Below, one piece after another: positions 8,153 through 16,436 of a stretch of 31,079 nucleotides of DNA. The notes beneath the pieces are model-generated. The model saw only the letters and a list, made by a program, of their open reading frames with translations. It was not told where the DNA came from and made no database searches. The stretch is from a virus (Duplodnaviria; Caudoviricetes): positions 1 through 31,079 of the IMG/VR virus record IMGVR_UViG_3300024058_000006. One strand, written 5' to 3'. The translations under genes and the position numbers were made by a program. Position 1 is the stretch's first letter, and each line of letters starts with the position of its first letter.

Positions 8153-8177
8153 ATCGATTTTTAACCGGAGCAATACC

Positions 8178-8408
8178 ATGAGTAAATTAATCAAAAAAGA
8201 GCGCAACGCCAGCGACGAATTTCACAAGCGCGGCGAGCGGCAGCATTCGAAAGAGTACTGCCATTATATCGGCATGAAAACGTGGATGAAGGAGCGCCAT
8301 TTTAAAAAAGCCGCCGACCGGTATGTTCAATACCCGGTCACCGATATGGACGGCAGCCCATTCATCGAGCCCGAATGCGGCTACCCATACCTGAAGGAGC
8401 GCACATAA
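8178..8408 (+). CDS. Hypothetical protein
   Basis: GGAG RBS, 76 aa. Confidence 0.7.
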   Translation: MSKLIKKERNASDEFHKRGERQHSKEYCHYIGMKTWMKERHFKKAADRYVQYPVTDMDGSPFIEPECGYPYLKERT

Positions 8409-8752
8409 TGACCAGGATAACCCTCAAATCAGATTTTGACGTATGCGAAAAATGCGAGCCAGATATGGAAGAGTGCAATTTGCTGGAGAATTATTTTACC
8501 GGCGAATTGCCTTTTTTGGCTTCCAAAGACCCCTCGCCCGCCGGGGCTAATTGTTTTATTTGTGGCGAGCCGGTGGACGAGGATATTACGGAGCCCCGGA
8601 GTAATGTAATCACCGATTTATTGGTGCCGATTGAGGAGGCGGACCGGGAGATACTAGCGCGGGAGGGCAAGCTAGACGACCGCTATCAAATTTACCTGGC
8701 GCAAACCGACGATGCCCCGCCGAAATCCTACGACGAGTGGTTGGCATCATAG
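8408..8752 (+). CDS. Acidic hypothetical protein with two CxxC motifs
   Basis: Start moved to ATG 8408 (TAATG overlap, AAGGAG RBS). CEKC and CFIC motifs. Confidence 0.7.
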   Translation: MTRITLKSDFDVCEKCEPDMEECNLLENYFTGELPFLASKDPSPAGANCFICGEPVDEDITEPRSNVITDLLVPIEEADREILAREGKLDDRYQIYLAQTDDAPPKSYDEWLAS

Positions 8753-8761
8753 GCCCGCCCG

Positions 8762-8974
8762 GTGATTATTCCGAATAGTTACTGGCTGGATTTGATAGTT
8801 CAGCCCTCCCTCCCAGGCGCTTATTCCGATATGCACAGGCCAAACGGGCGCGGCATTCTGCAGGAGCCCCACATGAATGCGGAGGAGGGATACGGCCCCG
8901 GGCACTTGACGGACACCGGATACGCCCTTTTTTTTCCTGAGAAGGGATACGATACGGTGGAGTGGGGCGAATAG
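8762..8974 (+). CDS. Hypothetical protein
   Basis: 70-aa ORF that fills the gap in the operon. GTG start with a weak RBS. Confidence 0.45.
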   Translation: MIIPNSYWLDLIVQPSLPGAYSDMHRPNGRGILQEPHMNAEEGYGPGHLTDTGYALFFPEKGYDTVEWGE

Positions 8975-8998
8975 CGGCCACCCTAATTTATTTTAATT

Positions 8999-9019
8999 TG
9001 ACGCGGGGCGTGCTACAGT
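8999..9019 (+). promoter_or_regulatory. Promoter/operator upstream of the HTH gene
   Basis: TGACGC-N7-GCTACA overlapping the extended -10 TGnTACAGT, with AT-rich sequence upstream. Confidence 0.65.
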
Positions 9020-9040
9020 CCCGCCATAGATACGAGGTAT

Positions 9041-9271
9041 ATGATTATGAGCAGCATTACATTACGAGAGGCCCGGGCACAATCCGGGCTTACCGCAGCC
9101 CGAGTAGCGCTGGCGGTCGATTGCGACCGCGCGACGCTATATCGGATCGAGGACGGCAAATCGCTGCCGAAACGAAAAACCGCGAGGGCTCTTTTTGAGC
9201 TATATAAGGGATTGGTACCGCTGGCCCTGATTTATGACCCGGAATTTTCCGGCGAGATTCGGGCAGCGTAA
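9041..9271 (+). CDS. Cro/XRE-family helix-turn-helix regulator
   Basis: LREARAQSGLTAARVALAVDCDRATLYRIEDGKSLP is an XRE HTH. 76 aa, with no peptidase domain. Confidence 0.9.
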   Translation: MIMSSITLREARAQSGLTAARVALAVDCDRATLYRIEDGKSLPKRKTARALFELYKGLVPLALIYDPEFSGEIRAA

Positions 9272-9381
9272 TTTTTTTGCCGGGGGCTGGCACCCTTTTA
9301 ATCACAGTAATCCATTTGCGGCGTGAGGCCGTAGCCAGCCTTCGGCGTTTTAATTCGGCGTGAGACCGAATGGAGGACGTT

Positions 9382-9591
9382 ATGGAAGGTCAAATATTGG
9401 GTCCGTGCAAAGCCTGCCACGGCCTATTAATTCAAACAGTGCACATACCAATAGCCGAGGGCGACCGTATCCCCAGCGTGGTAAACCTTAAGCCTGGTAA
9501 GCCGTTTCTACCTATGAAGGTCGAATATCGCTGCCGGAATTGCGGCTCGGACCGGACTATGGAATGGGAGCTGCTTTATGAGTGCGCCTGA
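9382..9591 (+). CDS. Zn-ribbon hypothetical protein
   Basis: GGAGG RBS. CKAC and CRNC motifs. Confidence 0.7.
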   Translation: MEGQILGPCKACHGLLIQTVHIPIAEGDRIPSVVNLKPGKPFLPMKVEYRCRNCGSDRTMEWELLYECA

Positions 9592-9865
9592 AGCGATATT
9601 TATAGACGAGCGGGTAGCCGACCGGCTGCCTGCCGAGCCGCCGGAAAGCGACGCGCCAACGGTCCATTATATGAGGGCCGATATCGTGGCGGCTTTGATG
9701 CACCAGGCCAGCGGCGACACCGAATTTTTTATACAGGTATCCTGGATGCCGGGGGAGCGCGGGCTATTGGCGCTGACTAATTTCGGGCGGATATTTAGAA
9801 AGCCGCCTGACTCGAATTTTTGGGAAGAGATAGCCGGACCCCGGCTGGACGATTTTCCCCGATGA
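9578..9865 (+). CDS. Hypothetical protein
   Basis: GGGAG RBS, overlaps both neighbours, 95 aa. Confidence 0.7.
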   Translation: MSAPEAIFIDERVADRLPAEPPESDAPTVHYMRADIVAALMHQASGDTEFFIQVSWMPGERGLLALTNFGRIFRKPPDSNFWEEIAGPRLDDFPR

Positions 9866-10110
9866 ATATATACACGACCCGCTTTACAGCCGCCTGCCCG
9901 AATGACGGAAACCCGATTGAATACTCGCTCAAAATCGAAAGTGAGGAGTTTATTATGTGCGAGGATATATCCGAAATGCTGGATAAATACGCCCTGGACC
10001 CGATTTATCAGGAGGCGATAGCCGACGAGCTATTCCGCAAATTAGGCTGCCGGCGGCTTTGCATTACCGGCACCCACGCGGGCATCGATGTCGCCAGCAT
10101 TCGCCCGTGA
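9862..10110 (+). CDS. Small QueF-like T-fold protein
   Basis: ATGA-coupled start. FTAACPNDGNP...YQEAIADEL resembles QueF FTxxCPxxGxPD...HExxxxxI. 82 aa. Confidence 0.6.
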   Translation: MNIYTTRFTAACPNDGNPIEYSLKIESEEFIMCEDISEMLDKYALDPIYQEAIADELFRKLGCRRLCITGTHAGIDVASIRP

Positions 10111-10700
10111 GAATAATGCTCGATTGCGCCGAGCAAACGATACTCAAAAGGGAGGCGTTATTTGGCTGGGATTTCTGGCAGCTGCGGACGCCGATATCCC
10201 GGCATAAAATCACCAAGCGACCGTATGGCCTGGATAATGGCTGCTTCACCTCATTTCGCGAGCGTACCTGGACGCGGATGCTGGTCGAGGCCCGGGAAAA
10301 TAAACCCGTATTCGTATGCCTGCCGGATATAGTCGGCGATGCCAGGCGCACCCTGGAGCTATTCGAGCAATTCGAAACGGTCACCGAAGGGCTGCCCCGG
10401 GCCCTGGTACTGCAGGACGGGATCGGGGCGCTGACGATTCCCTGGAGCAAAATAGAAGCGGTCTTTGTCGGCGGCACCGATAACTTCAAAATATCCCCTG
10501 AATGTACCAGCGCGGTGGCCGCTGCTAAAATCCTGAATAAATGGATTCACGTGGGCCGGATCAATTCGGCTGCCCGGCTGAGTAATTGGCTGGGGGTCGG
10601 CGATTCGCTCGACGGCAGCGGTATTTCAAAAATCGATTACCGGCTCGGCGATTTGCTCTCGTCGATCAAAAGCGCCGACGACCAGCATTCGCTCCTGTGA
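10107..10700 (+). CDS. TGT-like / DpdA-like guanine transglycosylase (candidate DNA base-exchange enzyme)
   Basis: GTGA-coupled start. LDNGCF, PDIVGD, FVGG, HVGRIN and DSLDGS follow the TGT/DpdA motif order (DSGGF, D, GG, HxxG, DxxD). Confidence 0.65.
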   Translation: MRIMLDCAEQTILKREALFGWDFWQLRTPISRHKITKRPYGLDNGCFTSFRERTWTRMLVEARENKPVFVCLPDIVGDARRTLELFEQFETVTEGLPRALVLQDGIGALTIPWSKIEAVFVGGTDNFKISPECTSAVAAAKILNKWIHVGRINSAARLSNWLGVGDSLDGSGISKIDYRLGDLLSSIKSADDQHSLL

Positions 10701-10810
10701 GGGAAATTTTATTTTTATGCATTACAACGCTCGCGCTAATCCTGGTCGCCAATTACCTGGTCCACGGCGGCTATATCTGTGTCGACGGGCCTATTCTATG
10801 TGGGAGGTGA
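10697..10810 (+). CDS. Small membrane peptide
   Basis: GTGA-coupled start and one hydrophobic helix (ILFLCITTLALILVANYLV). Confidence 0.45.
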   Translation: MREILFLCITTLALILVANYLVHGGYICVDGPILCGR

Positions 10811-10814
10811 TCGA

Positions 10815-11012
10815 ATGAAGGTATTAATTACCGGGCCTTACGTGCCCCGGCAGCACCATTATGGAGCCATCATTGAGCAGGGCGACCGCTGGGGCACCGT
10901 TTGGGAACAGATAGTCATCGGCCAATTTAAAGGCCAGGTAGTATCGGTGCCGAATACCTGGTGGAATCGCTTTTATATATGGCTGTTCGAGATCCGCTAC
11001 GAAGACGAATGA
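10815..11012 (+). CDS. Hypothetical protein
   Basis: GGAGGT RBS before ATG 10815. Confidence 0.65.
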   Translation: MKVLITGPYVPRQHHYGAIIEQGDRWGTVWEQIVIGQFKGQVVSVPNTWWNRFYIWLFEIRYEDE

Positions 11013-11263
11013 TGGTGGTCCATATCTACCACGCCAGGATTCAGCCCCTGGTAAAATATACGGACGATAATTTAGAAACGCCCCTGCTTTTCACGACCCA
11101 TTATCGGAAGGTATACCCTTGCGGGCGCTGCGGCAGGCGGCGATGGGCACAGAATTTATCGATTCAGGTGTACTACGATTGCACCCTGATTTTCTGCAAT
11201 ACTACCCAATGGCGGCGGTCCGATTCATTCCCTTTTGAATACGGTCATTTTTGCCCTAAATAG
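11009..11263 (+). CDS. Cys-containing hypothetical protein
   Basis: ATGA overlap with the upstream stop. CGRC motif. Confidence 0.55.
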   Translation: MMVVHIYHARIQPLVKYTDDNLETPLLFTTHYRKVYPCGRCGRRRWAQNLSIQVYYDCTLIFCNTTQWRRSDSFPFEYGHFCPK

Positions 11264-11272
11264 GTCGCCGGG

Positions 11273-11293
11273 TATCGCGGGGGATGCTACAAT
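11273..11293 (+). promoter_or_regulatory. Promoter/operator upstream of the recombinase gene
   Basis: TATCGC-N7-GCTACA overlapping TGnTACAAT. Confidence 0.65.
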
Positions 11294-11319
11294 CGGGCTT
11301 CACTTTGCAGGAGTATTCA

Positions 11320-12339
11320 ATGAATGACAGCGCACTAGAAATCATCGAGGGCGAGGCCAAAGAGGTCCCCTCATCCAACGGCCAGGCTATAGAAATCCGC
11401 TCGGCCTTCGATATATCCCCAGCCAAATTCAAAGCCGGCCTGGCCCGGCGCGGTAAAAACCGGGCGGCGCTTATGGAATGGTTGCGCCGCGAGCTGAAGG
11501 AGGGCGTCGATTGGGGTCGCATCCACGTCGTGAAAAAGGACAAATGCCCGGAGCCCTGGAATTGCACGAATGCATACCACTTTAGCAAGCCCAGCCTGTG
11601 GAAATCGGGTGCCGAAAAGCTGTCGGGCATGATGGGCCTGCGATCTACCTGGCCCACGCTCGATGCCGAATTGGACAAGGTACGCGGCGGGTCGGTAATG
11701 ATCCTGCTTAAATGCCAGCTGCTAGATATGGCCGGCAATACCGTCTCGGAGGGAATCGGTGCCCGGACGCTCGACCAGGATTCCGGCGACATAAATAAGG
11801 CGCTCAAAATGGCGAAGAAAAGCTCGCTGATCGATGCCGTATTAAATGCCGGCGGGCTATCCGAGGTGTTCACGCAGGACGTCGAGGATATGCCGCCCGA
11901 GCAATTCGGCGACCGGGCGGTGGCGGACCCATACCAGGCTGGCGAGGACCGCTCCGAGAGCGCATTTCCGAAAAGCACCGCCCAATACAATGTCGCGACC
12001 CACTGTACGATTGGCAAGGAGAAGGGTAAAAAGTGGGGCGAGGTGGACGATGGCTACCTGCAGTGGATTTGCTCCAACATCGATGACAAGCCCGATCTAT
12101 TAGCCGCCGCCCGAAAGGAGCTAGACGGGCGCTCGGTAGAATCACAGGAATCGGTTAGCCGCCGGCAGGACGAAAAAATCACGGAGGACGGGAGGACGCT
12201 GGCCGATTTCGCCAGGGCGCTGACCGCCTGTAAAACTATCGATATGTTGACGGCATTGCGGGACGAAATTCCGCTTGATTTTGAGCCCGCGTTGCGTACT
12301 TATATCACGACCCGCGAAGCTGAATTATTAATGAAGTAA
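11320..12339 (+). CDS. Putative single-strand annealing recombinase with ExoX-C/QSregVF-like small domain
   Basis: AGGAG RBS. KPSLWKSGAEKL...NKALKMAKKSSLIDAVL...LSEVFTQDVED is a phage SSAP-type pattern. IGKEKGKKWGEVDDGYLQWI is the GKxKG..YLxW module. Confidence 0.7.
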   Translation: MNDSALEIIEGEAKEVPSSNGQAIEIRSAFDISPAKFKAGLARRGKNRAALMEWLRRELKEGVDWGRIHVVKKDKCPEPWNCTNAYHFSKPSLWKSGAEKLSGMMGLRSTWPTLDAELDKVRGGSVMILLKCQLLDMAGNTVSEGIGARTLDQDSGDINKALKMAKKSSLIDAVLNAGGLSEVFTQDVEDMPPEQFGDRAVADPYQAGEDRSESAFPKSTAQYNVATHCTIGKEKGKKWGEVDDGYLQWICSNIDDKPDLLAAARKELDGRSVESQESVSRRQDEKITEDGRTLADFARALTACKTIDMLTALRDEIPLDFEPALRTYITTREAELLMK

Positions 12340-12368
12340 ATCAAAGGGCGTGAGGCCCGGAGGACACT

Positions 12369-13085
12369 ATGGAAACAGCATCACAACATTCACTCGCCTG
12401 TGCCGAGCTCGTACCAATCGTGACAGATATCGCCGCCTTTGCCGGTACGCTGGAGGGCATCGATGTTACCGACGAGGAGACGCAGGGCCAGCTGGGCGAT
12501 CTAGTCAAAATGATGAACCACCGCCGCCGGAAATTGGAGGATAAGCGGCTATCATTGGTGAAGCCTTTGACCGGGGTCGTCAGCGAAATCAACGCCATGT
12601 TCAAAACGCCCCGGGACCGGATCGATGAAATAGTGGGCCTGGCAAAAAAGAAGATGAACACATTTGCTCGGGCCCAGCAGCTGATCGCCGATGAAAAGCG
12701 CCGGCAGGAACGGTTGCTGGCCGAGGCCGAGCGCCGGGAGGCGCAGGAGCTGGCAGCCGCCCTGAATAAAAAGGCGGGCGTCGAGGCTGCCCCGGTAGCC
12801 GAGCAAATTACCGAAGCCGCGGAAAAAAAGGTCGAGGCCGTGGCAGCGCCGGCGAAGGTAGCCGCAAGCCGGGGACAGGAGGCCTCGGTTATTACATCGA
12901 AAAAATGGGCAGCCGAGGTCCGGGATTTGAAAGCGCTGGCCCTGGCGGTCGGGGAGGGCAAATTACCGACCCACGTGCTGGAGCCGAATATGGCTGCCCT
13001 CCGGGATATCGCCCGCGAATCCAAATTAACGCGCGAGGTATTCGGCGTTTATTTCTTCCAAGATATCACCACTTCAGTACGGTGA
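12369..13085 (+). CDS. Coiled-coil recombination-associated protein (Gam/gp157-like)
   Basis: GGAGG RBS, long coiled coil, C-terminal W.AEV.D...GV.F pattern, adjacent to the recombinase. Confidence 0.6.
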   Translation: METASQHSLACAELVPIVTDIAAFAGTLEGIDVTDEETQGQLGDLVKMMNHRRRKLEDKRLSLVKPLTGVVSEINAMFKTPRDRIDEIVGLAKKKMNTFARAQQLIADEKRRQERLLAEAERREAQELAAALNKKAGVEAAPVAEQITEAAEKKVEAVAAPAKVAASRGQEASVITSKKWAAEVRDLKALALAVGEGKLPTHVLEPNMAALRDIARESKLTREVFGVYFFQDITTSVR

Positions 13086-13399
13086 ACGGCCACGCGTACC
13101 ACAACACCCTGGATGCCGGCGGGGCTACCCTGGTCATATACAAGGTCCAGGCCGAAGGCCAGGATAACCGCGTGCTGGAATTTATGCGGCATAATCGCCG
13201 GGTCGAATTTAGCTGCGAGGATATATCGCGCCACGTCCTGCCCCGGGCTCCGGTAACATCGGCCAGGCGAGCGCTTTCGAATCTATACCGCGACGGCTTT
13301 ATCGTCAGCACCGGCAAGGTACCGGGGCGCTATAATCGCCCGATCTACCTGTGGCGCATTGCCGATCAATCGGGGCAGGCGGAGCTATTCCGTGATTGA
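13082..13399 (+). CDS. Winged-helix DNA-binding protein
   Basis: GTGA-coupled start. VLEFMR...TSARRALSNLYRDGFIV...GRYNRPIYLW pattern, ending QAELFRD. Confidence 0.7.
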   Translation: MNGHAYHNTLDAGGATLVIYKVQAEGQDNRVLEFMRHNRRVEFSCEDISRHVLPRAPVTSARRALSNLYRDGFIVSTGKVPGRYNRPIYLWRIADQSGQAELFRD

Positions 13400-13733
13400 C
13401 GCCAGGATCGCGTGGTTCTGGCAGCCGCCCATCGATGGTCAGCCGGGGCTATTGATGGTGGTCGATATGCACCCGGGACCCGATCACCCGGAGATACCGC
13501 AGGCGATAGAAACGCTGCCGGAGGTCCTGGTAGAATGCGAGAGCCAAATGCCGCCGGAAATCGAGCTGCATACGCTGCGAATATACGTCCGGGACGTGGC
13601 GGGCTTTTGGATGGAGGTCGAAATGAACGCGCTTAATCGGCGATTCAAGAGTAAAATTCCAGCGCTCCCGGATAAGCAGCTGACGGACCTATGGTTCACC
13701 CGGCTGCCGCCGGACAAGAGGATAATTAATTGA
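13392..13733 (+). CDS. Hypothetical protein
   Basis: GGAG RBS before GTG 13392, overlapping the upstream gene. Confidence 0.65.
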   Translation: MIDARIAWFWQPPIDGQPGLLMVVDMHPGPDHPEIPQAIETLPEVLVECESQMPPEIELHTLRIYVRDVAGFWMEVEMNALNRRFKSKIPALPDKQLTDLWFTRLPPDKRIIN

Positions 13734-13951
13734 TTCATTGGGGCTGGATTCTGGCTGGCGGTTTCTTCTTGGGCTATGCTTATGGTATCTGGCAAGGACG
13801 CCGATTCGAGCGGCGGCTAATAGCAAGGGGCCTTTCTAAAGGGATTATTGCCAGTATCATGCTGAAATTAATGCGAAATACGGCCACACCGCCCACGGAA
13901 GGCAAGCCGCCCCGGGTAACGCCCCGACCAGGCAACGTGACGAAGCACTAG
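13730..13951 (+). CDS. Small membrane protein
   Basis: TTGA-coupled start, GAGGA RBS, N-terminal hydrophobic helix followed by a basic tail. Confidence 0.6.
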   Translation: MIHWGWILAGGFFLGYAYGIWQGRRFERRLIARGLSKGIIASIMLKLMRNTATPPTEGKPPRVTPRPGNVTKH

Positions 13952-14010
13952 GCGCTCCGGCTGAAGGCGGCGGGCCGTGTGTCCCCCACCGCCGGTGCTA
14001 GTCGCAAGCG

Positions 14011-14061
14011 AAAGCCCTGCAGCTTATTTTTTTTCGTTTTCTATGCTGCGGGGCTTTTTTT
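14011..14061 (+). terminator. Intrinsic terminator before the lysis cassette, with a long U-rich loop
   Basis: 13-bp stem AAAGCCCTGCAGC / GCTGCGGGGCTTT with one G-U pair, 21-nt loop, T7 tail. Confidence 0.65.
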
Positions 14062-14114
14062 GTGCCCGGGATCAAATCAGAGTAAAATCCCCGAAAAATT
14101 ACTGCGAGGCTATT

Positions 14115-14594
14115 ATGGCAAGGGACCACAATTACGGTGACGCCAGCCTAATAAAGCTGCAATCATGCCACGTCGAATTACGGCGGGTAATGCTCCGGGC
14201 AATTAAGCTCACGCCGGAGGCGATTGACATAACCATAGTCCACGGCTTCCGGGACAAGGAGCAGCAGAATGGAATCGACCCGCGCTTTACGAATGCCCGC
14301 TGGCCCTCCTCCTACCATAACGCCGAGGACGAAAATTTCGAGCCCTGCTCCGAGGCGGTAGATTTCGCACCCTGGATTACGCTCCGCAATGGTAAAAAAG
14401 GCATACCCTGGTCGGATACAAAGCTATTTTCAATGTTGGCCGGCGTCATCATGGCAGCGGCCACCCTCGAGGACGTCGTAATTACCTGGGGAGGGGATTT
14501 TGACCGGGATGGCTCGACCGAAGACCAGACCCTTGCCGATGTCGGGCATATTCAAAGGACCCACGCGCTGAAGCGCCCGCAAGCCGAGGACTAG
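14115..14594 (+). CDS. Endolysin, M15 family (L-Ala-D-Glu) peptidase
   Basis: GFR..EQQ, SYH, AVD, WGGDF and DVGHIQ give the Zn ligands H-D-H. GAGG RBS before ATG 14115. Confidence 0.88.
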   Translation: MARDHNYGDASLIKLQSCHVELRRVMLRAIKLTPEAIDITIVHGFRDKEQQNGIDPRFTNARWPSSYHNAEDENFEPCSEAVDFAPWITLRNGKKGIPWSDTKLFSMLAGVIMAAATLEDVVITWGGDFDRDGSTEDQTLADVGHIQRTHALKRPQAED

Positions 14595-14596
14595 CC

Positions 14597-15064
14597 ATGA
14601 CCGCCCGAGAGCAGATTAATGTAAAATTCACCGATAGAAGCGCCAAATCCCAGCTGGCTATTATCGGCATTATCGTGTCAATTATATTCGGCGGGCTGGG
14701 CGCTGCGGTTTGGTCCGCCGGCGACCAATTGATCGACCTAAAATATGCCACCGACGCCGATGTATTGGCGGTGCAGGAGCAGGTACAGCAGCAATTTGAA
14801 AGTATAAGCCGGACCGTCCAGGCGAATACAGCCACGGTAAAGGCGACCGCTAATTCGGTGGACGGGCTTACCCTGGTGGTGCTGGACCTTCGCATCCGGG
14901 ACCTGGATAACGAAGTATTCGAATCCAACCGCGAGCGCGTGGCCAGCCCGGGTGCGTGGACCGACCGGGATCAGCGCACCCTACGCGAGCGGGAAAGCGC
15001 CCTGGCCGATTTGCGAATACAGCGCGACCGGCTATTTACCAGGATACTAGAAAACATCCCATGA
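14597..15064 (+). CDS. Membrane-anchored coiled-coil protein of the lysis cassette
   Basis: Single TM helix followed by a coiled coil; GAGGA RBS. Confidence 0.65.
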   Translation: MTAREQINVKFTDRSAKSQLAIIGIIVSIIFGGLGAAVWSAGDQLIDLKYATDADVLAVQEQVQQQFESISRTVQANTATVKATANSVDGLTLVVLDLRIRDLDNEVFESNRERVASPGAWTDRDQRTLRERESALADLRIQRDRLFTRILENIP

Positions 15065-15345
15065 CCGAGCCGCTATCCACCGACCCCTGGATACGCGCGG
15101 GACAGCGAATGAATGCCCTGCGGATCGTGCCCCGGGTCCTGATAGCCGGGTATTATGGGTTTTCGATTTACGCGTGGTTCTATGTCGTCAATTGGTTTAT
15201 GGAGTACGATTGGGCAGCCATTACCAACCAGGCGGTGGCCCTGGCCCTGGCCGGATTCCCGGCTATTATCCTGGGGACCATTACCACGGTGCTGGGAGCC
15301 CTAACAAATAATTATTTTAGGACGGGCCCCAGCGACCCGAAATGA
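15061..15345 (+). CDS. Putative holin
   Basis: ATGA-coupled start, 94 aa, two TM helices, between endolysin and spanins. Confidence 0.65.
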   Translation: MTEPLSTDPWIRAGQRMNALRIVPRVLIAGYYGFSIYAWFYVVNWFMEYDWAAITNQAVALALAGFPAIILGTITTVLGALTNNYFRTGPSDPK

Positions 15346-15719
15346 ATATACAGGTTATATTGATCGTCGTGCTGCTGGGCGGCGGGCTGATCGGAATGGG
15401 CGGCTATATCGTCAACAGCCAAATCGAGGCCCGGGTAGTCGCCGAGGGCAATTATACGAAGGAGAAGGTCAGGGCCGATCTATCCCAAAAACAGCTGGAG
15501 CGCATGGAGGCTGCCCTGGCTACCGAACGCGAGCGCCAGCTTGAGCTGCAAACGGAGCTGCAGGCGGCGCGAGATAGTGAAACGAAGGCCACCGAGGTAC
15601 TGGAGGACCGCGCCCGAATCAATCGCTTGACCCAGGCCAAACCGGGGCTCTTGGAGCGCCTGGCCCGGAAGGCGACGACGAAGGTGTGGGCCGATATCGA
15701 GGAGGAAAGCCGTGAATAA
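15342..15719 (+). CDS. i-spanin (Rz-like)
   Basis: N-terminal TM plus coiled coil, overlapping the lipoprotein gene. Confidence 0.75.
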   Translation: MNIQVILIVVLLGGGLIGMGGYIVNSQIEARVVAEGNYTKEKVRADLSQKQLERMEAALATERERQLELQTELQAARDSETKATEVLEDRARINRLTQAKPGLLERLARKATTKVWADIEEESRE

Positions 15720-16056
15720 AACGGTGCCTGCTCTGCTAATCCTGGGGGCTCTCGCTGGTTGCTCGCTTTTTTCCCCGAAGCCCGCCGATGTAGTGATTAA
15801 CGAAAAGCCCACTATTGTCATTTGCTCGGCTACTACCCAAAAGCCCGACGCCCTGAATTTAAAGGATACGCCGCCGACGCTGGTAATGGATGCCAGCGAG
15901 GTGTGGGGCTATTGGTTTAGCTCCGATCTATACGCCGCGCTGGCCGAAAATTTGCAGGCCATGCGGGCTTATATGACGCAGCAGAGGGCGATTAAAAAGC
16001 AGCTGGTGGCCTGCATCGAGGACCATAATAAAACGGTCCCGGAGGAGGATTCCTGA
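15712..16056 (+). CDS. o-spanin (Rz1-like lipoprotein)
   Basis: Signal peptide with lipobox LAGC, Pro-containing body, extra Cys residues, GAGGAGG RBS. Confidence 0.78.
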   Translation: MNKTVPALLILGALAGCSLFSPKPADVVINEKPTIVICSATTQKPDALNLKDTPPTLVMDASEVWGYWFSSDLYAALAENLQAMRAYMTQQRAIKKQLVACIEDHNKTVPEEDS

Positions 16057-16060
16057 ATAA

Positions 16061-16246
16061 AAGGCAATCGATCCTGTGGTTCGGGAAAGAAGGCGATCAC
16101 GCCTGCAATCCGGAAACGGAGGTGATCGCGCCTGCGATTCGAAAAAGAAGGCAATCGCGCCTGCGATTCGGAAGGCGAGGTTATCGCGCCTCCTATTCGG
16201 AAAAGGAGGTGGTCCCGCCTGCAATCCGGAAACGCAGGCAATCCTG
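16061..16246. repeat. Tandem array of six degenerate 29-bp units plus a partial unit
   Basis: Units start at 16061, 16090, 16119, 16148, 16177 and 16206. Consensus RAGGYRATCGCGCCTGCRATYCGGAAAVG. Confidence 0.9.
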
Positions 16247-16277
16247 AGTGCTATTTGAAAAGGGAGTTGGGGATCCT

Positions 16278-16436
16278 ATAGACAAATTTAACTATGCGGT
16301 CCCCATAGATATTTTTGACGATGGTAGCTAGCATAGCCGAGGCCGGCTATGATTGCCGGCGCTCGAGCATAGTCGGCCCTGGCTATCCGATATCGCTGCC
16401 CCGATCGCACGATCGCTCATAGACGTTTTTATCTAT
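16278..16436. repeat. Cluster of five ATAG-N10-CTAT gapped palindromes
   Basis: Exact copies at 16278, 16333, 16369 and 16419, and a variant ATAG-N10-CGAT at 16305. The last copy contains the methylase stop codon. Confidence 0.85.

Noticed and set aside
16061-16246. CRISPR array
   Set aside because: The units are contiguous and degenerate along their whole length, with no unique spacers and no cas genes.
15928-16258. ORFs 15928..16224, 15969..16241 and 16076..16258
   Set aside because: They are by-products of the 29-bp repeat; the same peptide fragments appear in shifting frames, and two overlap the o-spanin gene.
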